From: Podarcis vaucheri
Lineage: Eukaryota
DNA length: 64,000 nucleotides
Reading direction: 5' to 3' (one strand)
NCBI GenBank assembly: GCA_965113315.1
Contig: OZ220368.1
Position numbers and translations under genes: made by a program. Below the pieces are notes generated by a model. That model saw only the letters and a list, made by a program, of their open reading frames with translations, searched no databases and was not told the origin of the DNA. Positions 52,346 to 64,000 of this stretch are shown piece by piece; the first letter of the stretch is position 1; each line of letters begins with the position of its first letter.

Positions 52346-52867
52346 CTGGAGTGAAAAGAGCCACTAAAAAATAATAATAAGTGGGATAGAACTGTCATTC
52401 CTATGTCTTGCTTACATGATATCTTCTTTAAATTTTGGGGGGAGCGTTACTATTTTTTTAATGAATTATATATACATAGAGAGAGAGAGCCTTTCACCAG
52501 CTGGTTTACAACCTAACTAGCATAATAAAATCCAAACAACACAATAACTTAAAAACAGTATTTTGCAAACAACCCTGGGATTTTGATTGGATAAAGGGCA
52601 ATTTAAAAGTTGAACAAATAAAATAATTTCATCCAATTTATATCAGCTGCCCAAGGTCCAAGATAAGATACAAATCAAGATGAGCAGATGTCTGTGTTGA
52701 TTTTCAGGCACCACCTATCTACTCTGCTGAGTTATTTGAAAAAATGACTGCTAATCATGGGAGGCCTTGGACCCCAAGAGGGAAGGGGCCTAGTGATTCA
52801 TGAATATTTTATTCAAGCACACACTGCAACATGCATCTAGCACACAGTGACATTTATATATTCTTAC

Positions 52868-52982
52868 CATCATACTTTGCTAGAACTGCCTGGACATCAG
52901 CATAAGCCTGTAGTTCCAGAAGTGATTCTAGGAGGTTTTCATGTATATTCAATACACTTAGGAGAGGAAACTCTTTCATTAA
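52868..52982 (-). CDS. ST7L: ST7L exon 9 (115 nt)
   Basis: tttacag acceptor, GTAAGA donor; [38 protein letters not shown]. Confidence 0.96.
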
Positions 52983-53146
52983 CTGTAAATAGGAGCCGGA
53001 AGGAGAGAATACATTAGGCTACACAAGTTTTTACCTTGCAGCCAAGTCTTATGCATGTTTACTCCACTAAGTAAAAATGCATTAAATTTGATTTTACGAA
53101 TTAAAATGAATTACGCACACTAACCCAATGAACTCATTGAGATCTA

Positions 53147-53520
53147 AAAAGGTAAAGGTAAAGGACCCCTAACAGTTAAGTCCAGTCACAGATGACTCTG
53201 GGGTTGCGGCACTCATCTCGCTTTACAGGCTGAGGGAGCAAGCATTTGTCAGCAGACAGTTTTTCAGGGTCATGTGGCTAGCATAACTAAGTCACTTCTG
53301 GTGAAACCAGAGCAGCACATGGAAATGCCATTTACCTTCCCACCAGAGCTGCACCTATTTATCTACTTGCACTTTTTGGCGTGCTTTCGAACTGCTAGGT
53401 TGGCAGGAGCTGGGACCGAGAAATGGGAGCTCACCCCGTCATGGGGATTTGAACCACCGACCTTCCTATCGGCAAGCCCAAGAGGCTCAGTGGTTTAGAC
53501 CACAGCGCCACCTGCGTCCC
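53147..53520 (-). mobile_element. Sauria SINE (Squam1), full length
   Basis: (ACCTTT)n tail, tRNA-like head gggacgcaggtggcgctgtggtcta; 13-bp TSD tcattgagatcta (53134-53146) / tcaatgagatcta (53521-53533). Confidence 0.95.
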
Positions 53521-54060
53521 TCAATGAGATCTACCTCCAAGTAAATGTACCTAAGTTTACAATCTAGGTTAACAGACTCGGTAGCAAACTCATGGTTTCC
53601 ATAACCAAACACAAAGGATTGTACATTCCACTCATATCTTGAAATCACAGGTGCTGCTTTTCCTATACAAAGTGAAACTGACCCATTTTTCCTTTAAGGC
53701 ACAGATTGAACTCAAGCCATTCCGCAAAAGAATTGCTCAGTTGACCCAAACAGCCAAAGAGCACTGATTTCAAACCTCACTTTGGAAAGGGTTCAGCTCC
53801 ATTCAGTAGCTTCCAAGCAGAACCAATCCCAGTGGGACTTCCACCTGGTGCCAAATTTAACAGGCACTGAAAACAAGTCATGGGACAATCAGCACCCCTT
53901 TTAAGACTCCTGATCATTCCTGCTCTGGACCTGACATCATAAATGATATGGGGGGGGGCAGATGGCATGACATGGGGAAAATAGCCTCTGAGGCTGGATG
54001 TTCCTCATCACTGCTATACACGTCTACTCAGAAGTAAGTGCTGTTGACTTAAATTCAGCC

Positions 54061-54246
54061 ACTAGCCATGATGAGCTACAACAGCAATACCGATTCTGAA
54101 TACTAGCTACTGGAAACTACAGGATGAGAGAATGCTCTTGTGCTCAAATCCTGCCTGCCAGTTTCCCAGAGGCATCTGGCTGGCCACTGTGAGAAGAAGT
54201 TACTGGACTAGTTGGGCCATGATCCAGCAAGTTCTTCTTATGTCCT
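54061..54246 (+). mobile_element. CR1 3' UTR fragment
   Basis: ggcatctggctggccactgtgagaa...ctggactag...gatccagca..ttcttcttatgt; reverse-complement relative of 1447-1630. Confidence 0.75.
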
Positions 54247-54287
54247 CCCAGGTGAGTGGGTATAGGACTGAAGTCTGGATAACTTAC

Positions 54288-54385
54288 ATCTCTCATCATT
54301 TTTACTGCTTCTTTAATTCTTCCAAGCTTCCTTGCACACATAGCTAGTCTTCTTTTCACATAAACCAGTACATTGGTGTCTCTTC
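54288..54385 (-). CDS. ST7L: ST7L exon 8 (98 nt)
   Basis: ttccctag acceptor, GTAAGT donor; [33 protein letters not shown]. Confidence 0.96.
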
Positions 54386-55480
54386 CTAGGGAAAAAGAGA
54401 GACTACATCAAATACATAAAAACTAAATTATCACACATTTTCTAACCCAGGCATTCATTTCTGCATATGTTGTAGGAGATCCATCCTGCTCTCCCTGTCC
54501 ACAAATATATTGAGAAGGTTGAGGGTTAAACCACAGAACACACCCATAAAATCACAAAGTGACTTTTTTTGAAAACACACATGAGTCAATCAACATTTAT
54601 CCATCTGAGTCTGCAAAATGGAGGGAACATTATATCCTGAGAAAATAGAAAGGGAGGGGCACAGACAATGTGATGTGCCAAACACTGACTTAATATGAAG
54701 CACAAGGAATCCAACTATTTCCTCAAGCCACCACATCCAAGGATGTGGGACAAGAAACCCTCTAACACCCTTTCATCCAAACAACATATTCATAGCTTCA
54801 GCACATATTTGCTGTTCCATTGTAATAATAAACTGAAGTTTGACAACTTGTTTGTGGCCTCAAAATTAAGACACCACATTCCATGGCACAAGGCAGCAAG
54901 AGAGGGAGAAATATAAAGAGAGAGAATGATATTGTAACCTTGAGCTATTGACAGAGACTTGCTATAAAAAGCAAAAAGGATGAGCTGTTGGTAGAAGGAT
55001 GAACCCACCAAAGGTAAAATACCAAAGGTAAAACATTATTTCCCACAGCCCTGCTAACTTCAATGTAGTTAATATAGAACTGTATCGTGTTGCTGCTCTG
55101 TGAATAGAATGACCTCTTTCCTTGAGTGCAAATCTCCTTCTGTGACCAGAATATTTAAAAATATTCTCATAATATTTTAAAATAAGGCTAAAGCCTTATC
55201 CTTTACACACTTAACTGAAAGTGAGTCCCATTGTATTCAGTTCAGCTTACTTCTGTTTAGACACATATAGAATTGCAGTGCAAAACATTCAGCACTTTCT
55301 GAAATTAAAATGCAGCTTGTACAACTGCTGCCTGTACTTACAGTATGTGTACTTTTAATTTTTGTGTTCATGTAGATTTTAATCCTGCAGCATTAAAGTT
55401 TTCTAGTGCTTCTGTAGATTCATGCATGACCAAGCACAGCACTAGTGACCATTCTGAATGATTTGTGAAAGCATACTTAC

Positions 55481-55635
55481 TAAACTGTGCTTCATGCTGT
55501 GGGCTCTGGGAACTGCAGTGTTGAGACTTTCTATAAATGGTTTCTCCTGCTTTCAGAGCCTGCTTAAAATATTTCTCAGCATCCACAATAGTAGTTGCTT
55601 CTTCCTCAGCCAAAAGAACATATGCTGTGGCACAA
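55481..55635 (-). CDS. ST7L: ST7L exon 7 (155 nt)
   Basis: ttctcag acceptor, GTAAGT donor; CATAYVLLAEEEATTIVDAEKYFKQALKAGETIYRKSQHCSSQSPQHEAQF. Confidence 0.96.
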
Positions 55636-56010
55636 CTGAGAAAGAGAAAAAAATGAAACCAGGTATTCAAAAGATGTATGTTGACACAGTGACATGATTA
55701 ACAATGTATACAGTACAGTAGCTGAACATACTTACATATAAACTCCGATCAAAGATGTGGAACAAAACTATTTTCATCCAAACAATACATGTAAAATGTT
55801 TCAATACACATTAAAAGGAAAACAGGCTCTGTGAGACTGACCCCAGGCAGGAGAGGGACTACTAATTTTCATTGAGGGTGGCTATTTTACGATCAAGATG
55901 ACTACAAAATGCACTAAGTAAAAGGTAAATTTAAATATCTGTTAAACTACAAAAATGAAGTTTTTTTAAAAAAGGACTGCAGTTCATTCTATGTAGAAGC
56001 TCAAAATATT

Positions 56011-56248
56011 GGGTGGAATTTAATGGTGTGTTATTATGAACTACTCATCTGTGTGAGCATTACAGCTTGCCACATGGAATGATGTCCCCCCCCCTCCCCA
56101 CATTGTTCTTGGGATTGTCCCAACCCCAAGCTCATTTTGAGGGGCACATGAGGAGAGTAGAAGGTTCAGGGAAAGCTCCATTGCACAAGCGGATGTCCTT
56201 GTGAAGGAAGGGCTTTTGCTGACGGGGAGTATTAGGTACATCCCACCC
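56011..56248. mobile_element. Palindromic non-autonomous DNA element (related copies at about 6430-6656, 13262-13434, 25931-26139)
   Basis: gggtgg...ccaccc termini flanked by att/att; C-rich left arm, G-rich right arm; motif cattgcacaag..gga shared with the other copies. Confidence 0.55.
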
Positions 56249-57590
56249 ATTACTTTTGACCTTGAAATTAATAAACTGGGGGAGCAGGGGCTTAAAATGG
56301 AAATACTGGTAGTTTCATAAACAACAACTGTGCTCAAATATTCTGAATTTCTATAAAGCAGTGGTTCAGATATCCATGATGAGTCATATAAAAATACCAG
56401 CCCCCACATATAAAAGTGCACTTGGATAGTCAAATGTACAAAATAGATTTGCAAAGTGGTGTATAGTTTAAAAAGGTATGGAAACTTTTGCTCTGCTTTC
56501 TCTCTCTTAACTGGAACATTGTGTGAGATACAGAAGGGAAAATGTTAGAAAAGAAAAAGAAAAAGAGAAAATTCCCAGAACATTTTTTTAATGACTTAAC
56601 TATGAAGATTTTTATAACAATTGTGTTTATTTTGAGCTGAAAAATACCCCTGCCACTTGAAGATCTCATTTTCTAAAACTTGCATGCTAATTTTGGACAC
56701 AACTGAGCCAAAAATAAGAATTTTGAATCATATTAAAATGAATCCTTAATTCAGTTGCACTGAAAAAAATGAGATTATTTACTTCATTTCTATGGTTCAG
56801 CATCAATTCAAACTTGTGTGAAGTATCCACTTCAGACTGCAGGTTGGAAAAATTGCAACATCTCAATGTCCAACAATTACAAAAATGTCTTACATGTTAG
56901 CTTTATACGTCAAGGGTTAAAAACTTAATATGGGATAGTGTTACAGCCCACCAAAGGTCACATCACTTGAACGTGTTAATTATATTGTTACAAAAACCCA
57001 GTGCTCGCCCCTCTTTTCGCCAAGCAGTGGCACAGGCACACACACAGGGTCTGGGTCCCTTTGGAGAACAGAAGAAACATTGGAGACTGCCATGCTTTGC
57101 GAAATAGGGCTTATTCGCCTATTTATACATTCAGTTTGCATGGAGGAAGTCCAGATCTTACAGCTTGGCCCAAACCATTGCAGGCAACCTTTCCTTCTAT
57201 CCCACCAAGATGGATCTCAGCCTTATTTTCTTCTTCTTCTACCCAGAAACCCTTGCTTCAAACCTCCCTTTTCCTGTCCCCTCAAACACAGTTGCCCCGG
57301 GCAAGCTTAGTGACATCTGACTCTCCAGGCCAAAGGATCCTTCTATGGCCCATCAGCACCTTTTTGTAATGCTAACACATCTGTTCTCCCCCCCCCCCCC
57401 CAGCCAGTCAGAAATTCTTTTGCAGCTTGTATCTCCGACCCCCAAATAATCACAATCCTAGAATTTATTAATTGCTATGTTTATCCTAAGTCCACAACAA
57501 TATGAATAGGCTCTAAGAAATTACTTAACAATGCTGTATAGCTTTAATTTTAGTTCATAAAATTAGGGTGAGACTTGTTACCAAACTTAC

Positions 57591-57669
57591 TCATTATTTA
57601 ATTCTAAAGCTTGATATGCTGCTTTTATTCGGGCCTGAGGGTTCCTCTCCCGCCATGCCTTCTGCATAA
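57591..57669 (-). CDS. ST7L: ST7L exon 6 (79 nt)
   Basis: caacag acceptor, GTAAGT donor; VMQKAWRERNPQARIKAAYQALELNN(D), with ST7L-type rather than ST7-type residues. Confidence 0.96.
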
Positions 57670-57793
57670 CTGTTGGGGGAAAATAGGATTTATTTACAGG
57701 CAAGTCATGACTGTAAGTATTCATGGAGAAACAAACAAACATCTCTCTTTCTAAGAATAAAGCCACTACCAAACTGAACACCAGCCCCTATCA

Positions 57794-58063
57794 GAGGGGT
57801 TGGCAACCTAAGGCCCATGGGCCACAAGCGACCCATGGGGGTCATTTAATTGACCCATGAGCTGCCCCCAAACTGAGCCGCCTGCTCGCGAGTCCCCATG
57901 CGCTGTGATAAACCGGCGCAGCACAGCACAAGGACTCATTTCCGCGGCACCAGAAATCACGTCTGCTCAGACGCCGGAAATCGCGTGTGTGCATGATCTG
58001 ACCCACGGAGGGATCTCTGCTGGAGTGAACCGGCCCAGGCAAGGTAATCCTTGCCGACCCCTG
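57794..58063. mobile_element. hAT MITE, 270 bp, CpG-rich
   Basis: TIRs gaggggttggcaa / ttgccgacccctg; TSD ccctatca / ccttatca. Confidence 0.9.
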
Positions 58064-58300
58064 CCTTATCATAAATGTATGCTATTCTTCATCTTTATTT
58101 TTAAAAGAGAGAAAAATTCATAAGGTGACCGACAGAAGTGGGGGGGGGGGGGCAGAGCTTGTGGCAATTGGCCCCAGGCGGCTCATGAAAAGTTTGTTGT
58201 TTTCCCTCCTGCTGGTTGCAAGGTAGGTTTGGTCACTGATAGTCTCTGGGTGGAATGAGTGTGGCTACATGGAGAACAGTGCCAAAGGTGGTGGGATTGG

Positions 58301-58378
58301 TCTGGCTGTTGCTTCCTCCTCTTCTGTCTGGCTGTTGCTTCCTCCTCTTCTGTCTGGCTGTTGCTTCCTCCTCTTCTG
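58301..58378. repeat. Minisatellite, 3 perfect copies of a 26-bp unit
   Basis: tctggctgttgcttcctcctcttctg at 58301, 58327 and 58353. Confidence 0.97.
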
Positions 58379-58501
58379 CCAGATGCTATTCATTTTAAGT
58401 GGATAAAATTCTCATCATTGGCACTCACTTGGCTGGGTTCAATTTTTTGGAAATGAAACCCTAATCCCGACAAAGGTTAAAAAGTGAATATTCATGAACT
58501 G

Positions 58502-58590
58502 ATTGCACAATCCTATTCAGTTCTACTCAGAAGTAAGTCCAACTGATTTCAGTTGAGCTTACTCCCAGGTGAGGAAGTACAGGATTGCAG
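58502..58590. mobile_element. ~90-bp palindromic short repeat family (copies at about 10280, 24130, 30887, 53040, 54015, 55190, 59663)
   Basis: caatcctat...tactcagaagtaagtcc...gcttactcccagg...aggattgcag with self-complementary arms. Confidence 0.65.
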
Positions 58591-59508
58591 TTTGAATATA
58601 CCTAATGGTCCTCAGTTTTCATAAGAAAGGGAGAGAACCTATATATGTTTCTTTTGGAACTAAACCTGCAACTGTCCAGCAAGAATAATGTGGAAAATGT
58701 TGGAGCATTTTTCTGAAAACATAATGTTAGTTTTGGCTCTGATGATGAAACAATATACGATGTTTATAAAACAAAAACTACAGTTCTCATATCATTAAAC
58801 ATCTCATCAGATTAATGTGTAGACAGCTAACTCTTGCCGATTTAGATGAACTAGTAAGAATTAACACATAAGCTGACAAAGGCCAGATATGACAAATGCA
58901 ATTGCTTTAAAGATAGAATAGACAATATGTAACCCTCCATACAATTTGGTGCAATCAAAAGCAAAGAAATATAATAATCTCGGGGCATGGCGGGGTTTTT
59001 TTTTTGTAGTAATTCAACATTCAGAAGTACATAACATTTGCAAGTCTTACTATTGAGAGTAACAAAATCAAGAGGGGTAGCTGTATCTATCTGGCTGTAG
59101 CAAGAACAGTGAGGGTCTTGAACTGTCACAAAAATTCTCCTGAATGCATCCGCTGAGGTCCATGAACACATATGGCATGGTAAACATTTTAGTCTTTAAG
59201 GTGCCACAATACACCTTTCTTTCCTACTATGTAGACTTGGACAGGACTCTCAGGTGAGCAGAGGACATAATGTAAAAATGTTATCACAGACATGCAAAGT
59301 TCTGGCAATAATAATGACTTAAGGTTTTTTTTTCTCTCATCCTGGTTTCTCTATCCCAAGAGATCAGAAAAATTAGAAAAATGGCATAAATTATCCATCA
59401 AATATAAAAGAGACTTAGAAAAGACATTTAGAACAAGCATTTCCAACATTAAAAATTATTCATGGCCAGCCATCTTTTTATCTTTCACACAAGAGATACG
59501 GTTGATAC

Positions 59509-59624
59509 CTGCATCTGAAGGTCGAACTGAGTCCGTTTCACATGTGAAAAAGGTCTGATGATCCTGAGCAGATAAGTTCATGTCATAATATGTAAGTGGC
59601 TCCTTTCCTGTCACCCATGTATAT
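59509..59624 (-). CDS. ST7L: ST7L exon 5 (116 nt)
   Basis: tttaaag acceptor, GTATCA donor; YTWVTGKEPLTYYDMNLSAQDHQTFFTCETDSVRPSDA. Confidence 0.95.
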
Positions 59625-59906
59625 CTTTAAAAAAAGAAAGAGAAAGAAAATATGCTTCATTAACAGCCCAATTCTTTGCATATCTACTCAAAAGAAAGCC
59701 AGTGGGATACACTCCCATTTAAGTATCTAAATGCCAACCTAAAGGATGCATTTAGAAATGAATCATCTATCCAAATAGATTCATCTTTGTCTTTATACAT
59801 GGAATTTACAGGAAAGAGTAAGATTACAACGTTCTGACAAACCAGAAGCTCGTGTTCTATTTTAATTTATTTTACAAAAATGGCTATATCACAAAGATAA
59901 AAATAC

Positions 59907-59961
59907 CTGCTATATTCTGCTCCTCTAAAGAGATTGAGGGGATTTCGCCATACTTTGCACT
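59907..59961 (-). CDS. ST7L: ST7L exon 4 (55 nt)
   Basis: ttttacag acceptor, GTATTT donor; [18 protein letters not shown](R). Not in the ORF track. Confidence 0.95.
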
Positions 59962-60860
59962 CTGTAAAAAGAAACAGTTTAATCTCAAAATTAAGCAAGA
60001 ACTGTAGATTTCTAACCTATATGCTTTGTGTGTTGAGGCCTGGTTCACCATAAGAATCTTGGTTCAATAAATATGAAACCATTACTTCTGAACTGGCCCA
60101 AATATTTTTTTAAAAAAATGTTTCCTCCACAGAATCAGAAATAATCATGGGCTCACATTCTGGTTTCTCCCTTTTCTGGTCTGCAGTAGCCATAATTTAC
60201 CATGACATGCAAATCTGAAATGATGGCTAGCACTAGCTTTCAAAACTAGATTCATAAACAATCGTTTGAAGCAGGCATGGTAAGCCCTAACCATAGTATT
60301 AAAATGTGGATGGCATGACAAATTACCGGTGTTAATGGTGTTAAACAGAAATTTTAAAAAGGGAAAGCCCCAAGTAAGAAGAGAGGAAACAGAGGAAACC
60401 CTGGTTTGTTTCTGATAGCCTAAATTACAGTTTGGATGAATGTCTAAATTGAGATACCACTTCAAGAAAACAGTTTTTCTATCACACGTAGGTGCAAAGC
60501 AAGCAATTTTCCAAAAAACAAAAACAAAAGCCACTTGTCACATTGATCTATATGGCAAAATATATAAAGGCAAAATATCTATTATAAAAAAACTAAAAAT
60601 CATATTGATTTGGAAATTGCAAGGGGTTGTGGAAAATAAAATACTAAACTCAACAATTCACCTGCCCCCACTAAAAAAGGCTTTACCCAATCTGATTTAC
60701 TTTGTTATTTCCCTTGTTTTTCCTAAGCAAGACAAAGGGATTACCTGATGCAAAGCTAAGCCCATTTACAAAAATAAACATAAATTTTATTTACAGGCTT
60801 TGGCTAAGGCCAACTATCATGAAGTACATTTTCACAAAGCCAGATGTTAGAAGCAATCAC

Positions 60861-61026
60861 CTGACAAACTCTGCCTGCTTGTCTCATTTTCTCCACTAGT
60901 GGCAGAGAAAGTTGCCTGTGGAGAATTAGTATTCTCTGCTCCTCCAATAAGTGGTCGTAAATGGCTCACGGATACCTGCTCAATGAAAGATGTGCCATAT
61001 TTCCTGAAATACCACCATTCAAATAT
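60861..61026 (-). CDS. ST7L: ST7L exon 3 (166 nt)
   Basis: ctgcag acceptor, GTGATT donor; [29 protein letters not shown]...[10 protein letters not shown]. Confidence 0.95.
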
Positions 61027-62065
61027 CTGCAGTGAGAAACAGTAAAACATACAATAAACCATTGGGTCAAGAATCTCAAGTCACGTCACTTGCTCACAAA
61101 ACAATAGGCTGCCCACAATTATATTTATGGTTCCTTTCAGCAAAGGTTGACAGTTTGCCCACAGATAATATGACAAAAAAGAATTGTTTCTAAACAAAGC
61201 CCTTTTAGGTCACAGCCACCAGCAAAGTAGTAAGCAATGCTCCCAAATTTCAGCCACTTCCTGTTTCTCTGTAAACAAAAGATATAAGATAGCCCAAGAA
61301 ATCTATTGGTTCTTACCACAGGGCTACTCCCCCCCCCTTCCAATGGAAAATATTGGCTTAAAAATAGTATCCTATGTTTTTCAGATTAAAACTAATGCAG
61401 GGAAGCAGACTTAACCATCTTTCTTCTAATGCTATGCACTTGATTTTGGTCATTTTACTACCCGGTGATAGCGCACCCCTCCTACAACCACTTGTGTACA
61501 TTTATTTGTGGCACTGCATGAGGGGTAGGAATAGATAGACAGGTTTCATCTTACCTTTTGAGCACAGTGCTACACAGGGGACTCAGAACTGGCATGTCCC
61601 ATGTCAGAGATTTGGCCCCAACAAGTAGGATCCAGACAAAAACTAAATGCTACTCTGGGCAATTCTGGTAAAACGTGGGGTGCCTTAAATCATATGCTGG
61701 TGGACTCAAGAAGAACAAGAACTGCCTGAAGGCAAATGATAATATTTTCATCATCTTTTTGGTTTGTACACTGCTCCTAATATGCATATTTTCTGTTCAA
61801 TGGAATGGCATTATAGTGCAACTATGGCTACGCATAAGGCCCCCTCATACAGCCATGATAATGAAGCAATGCAGGTAGACTTCCACAAATGACTTGGCAG
61901 CCTAAGCAATGTGCTTCAGAATACTGCCAGAGAAGGCTCAACACTATTGTCACAGCTGCCCCTTACAATTCTATAAACCATTTCATTTTTTACTTGGAAG
62001 GCTGTGGTTACCAGCAAGGAATCACATCAAAATGAATAAAAATGTTGGTTTCTTTTTCTGTATAG

Positions 62066-62084
62066 GAGCGCCACCTAGAGTTCA
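62066..62084 (-). promoter_or_regulatory. CTCF-like core motif
   Basis: The minus strand reads TGAACTCTAGGTGGCGCTC, close to the CCACTAGGTGGCGCT core. Confidence 0.45.
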
Positions 62085-62975
62085 GCTGGCATATAAAAGG
62101 TACCGGTAACTTTCATCTTCAGACTGGCACAGTTTACAAAAGTCTAATTTTAAAAATTAATCTGTAACACTGTAAACACAGATGCATCACACTTCACAAC
62201 AACTATTCCTCATCTTCCAAAAATCCCAAAAAGGTACTGTGGATGCAGACATGACCTATTCTTAGTTGCTGTAGATACTTTCCTGGACATTTTAAAAACA
62301 GTCTTAAAAGCAGGCCAAAATTTAGGGTTGAGTATGCATTAATCTCTTACTTCTTTGTCCTAAGCAGCAGAAAGGACTAAATAGCCATCTTAGCAATTAA
62401 AAAAAAAAAAAACTTTTAATCTTCTAAACACCTAAAATCTGAAGAGTTCTATACAATACTTGTGTGCAGCATTTTAAATACTAGCCTATGTAGTAGTATA
62501 AGTTCGCTTTTACCCTACAGTGCAATTGCATCCTAATGTGTGGAATTTTAACCTTGTGTAGTTGAAAGCTGGCCAGCTGAAATCCCACAAATTAATTGCA
62601 TGCAAAGCAGAGCCTAAAAGCTCCTTTTGCACTTGGTTTTCCTGGTGTGGAAATCACTTTTAAGCTCTCAGACTTGCTTACCTTTGGGAGGCTCTTGTTA
62701 GATATTGCAGGAACTTGAGTGGCCACATGAAATATCACGAGAGCCTCCCAGATCCTGGTAAGCAAGAAGGAGAGCTTAATAGGTCTCTGCCTTGCTTGGA
62801 AGGTCAGGATGGCCCTGTGAGGGTAGTTCGAAGGGGGTGGTTCAAGTATATGCATTTTTGCATGCATGTGCCATCCCTGGAATGCAATCCCTGCACAAGA
62901 CACAATCATACTATATTTATGGTTCTGTAGGATCAACAAAAATTCCAGCATGAGTAAATAGAGAAAATTACTTAC

Positions 62976-63058
62976 AAATATCAGACCGGATATCAGAGAA
63001 GATGTCCCAGTAAGTGCAACATAGAATTTTGGAGTCAATGTGCTCAAGAAAATGGTCA
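62976..63058 (-). CDS. ST7L: Suppressor of tumorigenicity 7-like, exon 2 (83 nt)
   Basis: ttggcag acceptor, GTAAGT donor; (V)TIFLSTLTPKFYVALTGTSSLISGLIF. Confidence 0.96.
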
Positions 63059-63802
63059 CTGCCAAAGAAAAAGGGAAGCTTTGTCAATCAATACATTTGC
63101 CTCTCAGTGTCTGAGATGTCATTACTTAAGCAACGCACACACACACACACACCTACACACACACAGTGTCAATTCCTCCGTTGGTTGTGGATACTTTTTG
63201 GAAAGTCTGAATCCGGAAATGATGTAGCCCAGGTAAGCTATGCTTTGAATGTTAGGAGAACCATTAATGTTAAAGTAGACTTTTTAGCTAAAAGTGCTGG
63301 ACAGGACTCAAACACAACAACACTCTTCCCACCTGTGATTCCCAGAAACTGCTATTCAAAGACATACTGTACTGCTTCCAACAGTAGAGCTAGAACCTAG
63401 CTACTGTGGCTAGTCCATTGTAAGCCATCCAACATGGTAGAGAATACCATAATTTCACTATGTGCTGTGTTAAGTACTTTTTGTTTGTTTCTTTGTTCAA
63501 TGTTTAGCTTCATAAGAAGTCCATGAGTTTGAGTTCAAACAGCTAACCCTAAATGTTATACGTAACTGATATTTTGGCTTTCTCTTAACCTAGATACAGT
63601 CAAAGACAAGGATCCAAAACAGCAAACCACAGTTTTAACACAAGTTTCATAGCTTTAACTTAAATCTGTAAAGAGTAAAATATGGGGAATTATGGATATT
63701 TGATCAATTTTAAATACTTCTGAAAACACGTATTGGTGTGTTGTACCTTGCCTTGTGACCATATGGTGAAGAGCAGTATAGATATATTTAAATAAGGACC
63801 AA

Positions 63803-64000
63803 GATTACTACAATGCATTATATGTGGGGCAGCCTCTGAAAACAGGAAACTTCAACTGGTGCAGAAGTCGGCGGTCAGGTTGCTCACCGGAGCAAGAAAG
63901 TTTGAGCATATAATGCCAATCCTGGTCTAACTGTAATGGCTGCCAATCAATTCCTGAGACAAATTCAAAGTGCTGGTTTTTACCCATAAAGCCTTCAGGA
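63803..64000 (+). mobile_element. L2-clade LINE ORF2 fragment (runs off the window)
   Basis: Degenerate DYYNALYVGQPLK..KLQLVQKSAVRLLTG..EHIMPIL..WLP..FKVLVFTHKA. Confidence 0.85.

Noticed and set aside
58301-58378. CRISPR-like array (also considered for the iterated motifs at 29511-29789)
   Set aside because: These are head-to-tail repeats without unique spacers, in a vertebrate context.
59501-59508. U12-type intron at the exon 5 donor (GTATCAAC)
   Set aside because: It does not match GTATCCTT and I saw no U12 branch site; treated as a weak U2 donor.
1-63058. Assignment to the paralogous WNT2-ST7 locus
   Set aside because: The Wnt tail AEWVDQT and residues such as ARIKAAYQALELNND, EINAVEA and FFIHFTAG fit WNT2B and ST7L; only the last exon is ST7-like.
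1-64000. Most ORFs in the six-frame track (for example 5240-5686, 6208-6630, 17281-17703, 56041-56454)
   Set aside because: They are antisense shadows of real exons, microsatellite or TE translations, or chance short ORFs with no splice structure or recognisable domain.

Overview
Vertebrate nuclear DNA, most likely a squamate reptile (probably a lacertid lizard, judged from Sauria/Squam1 and Squam3-type SINEs). Two genes lie tail-to-tail. On the + strand are WNT2B coding exons 2-5 (3-8391; exon 1 is upstream of the window). On the - strand are ST7L coding exons 2-15 (63058 down to 26743; exon 1 is beyond the right end). All these exons have canonical AG/GT boundaries and join in frame (994 nt for WNT2B, 1523 nt for ST7L). 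Exon numbers follow the human genes. The rest is intron, UTR and intergenic sequence with SINEs, CR1/L2 LINE fragments, hAT and Tc1/mariner MITEs (several with clean TSDs, some nested) and microsatellites. I found no prokaryote-type system, CRISPR array or RNA gene. Most notable: (i) ST7L ends in an ST7-like, probably ancestral terminal exon, of which the human ST7L tail looks like a frameshifted derivative, and there are two further candidate 3' ends; (ii) a candidate 26-nt GC-donor poison micro-exon in ST7L; (iii) a small inserted element carrying a CTCF-like site, and MITEs carrying ZNF143/THAP11-like motifs; (iv) palindromic regulatory candidates, including a two-strand AATAAA hairpin between the convergent genes. 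Comparisons to human proteins and repeat families are from memory, not from database searches.
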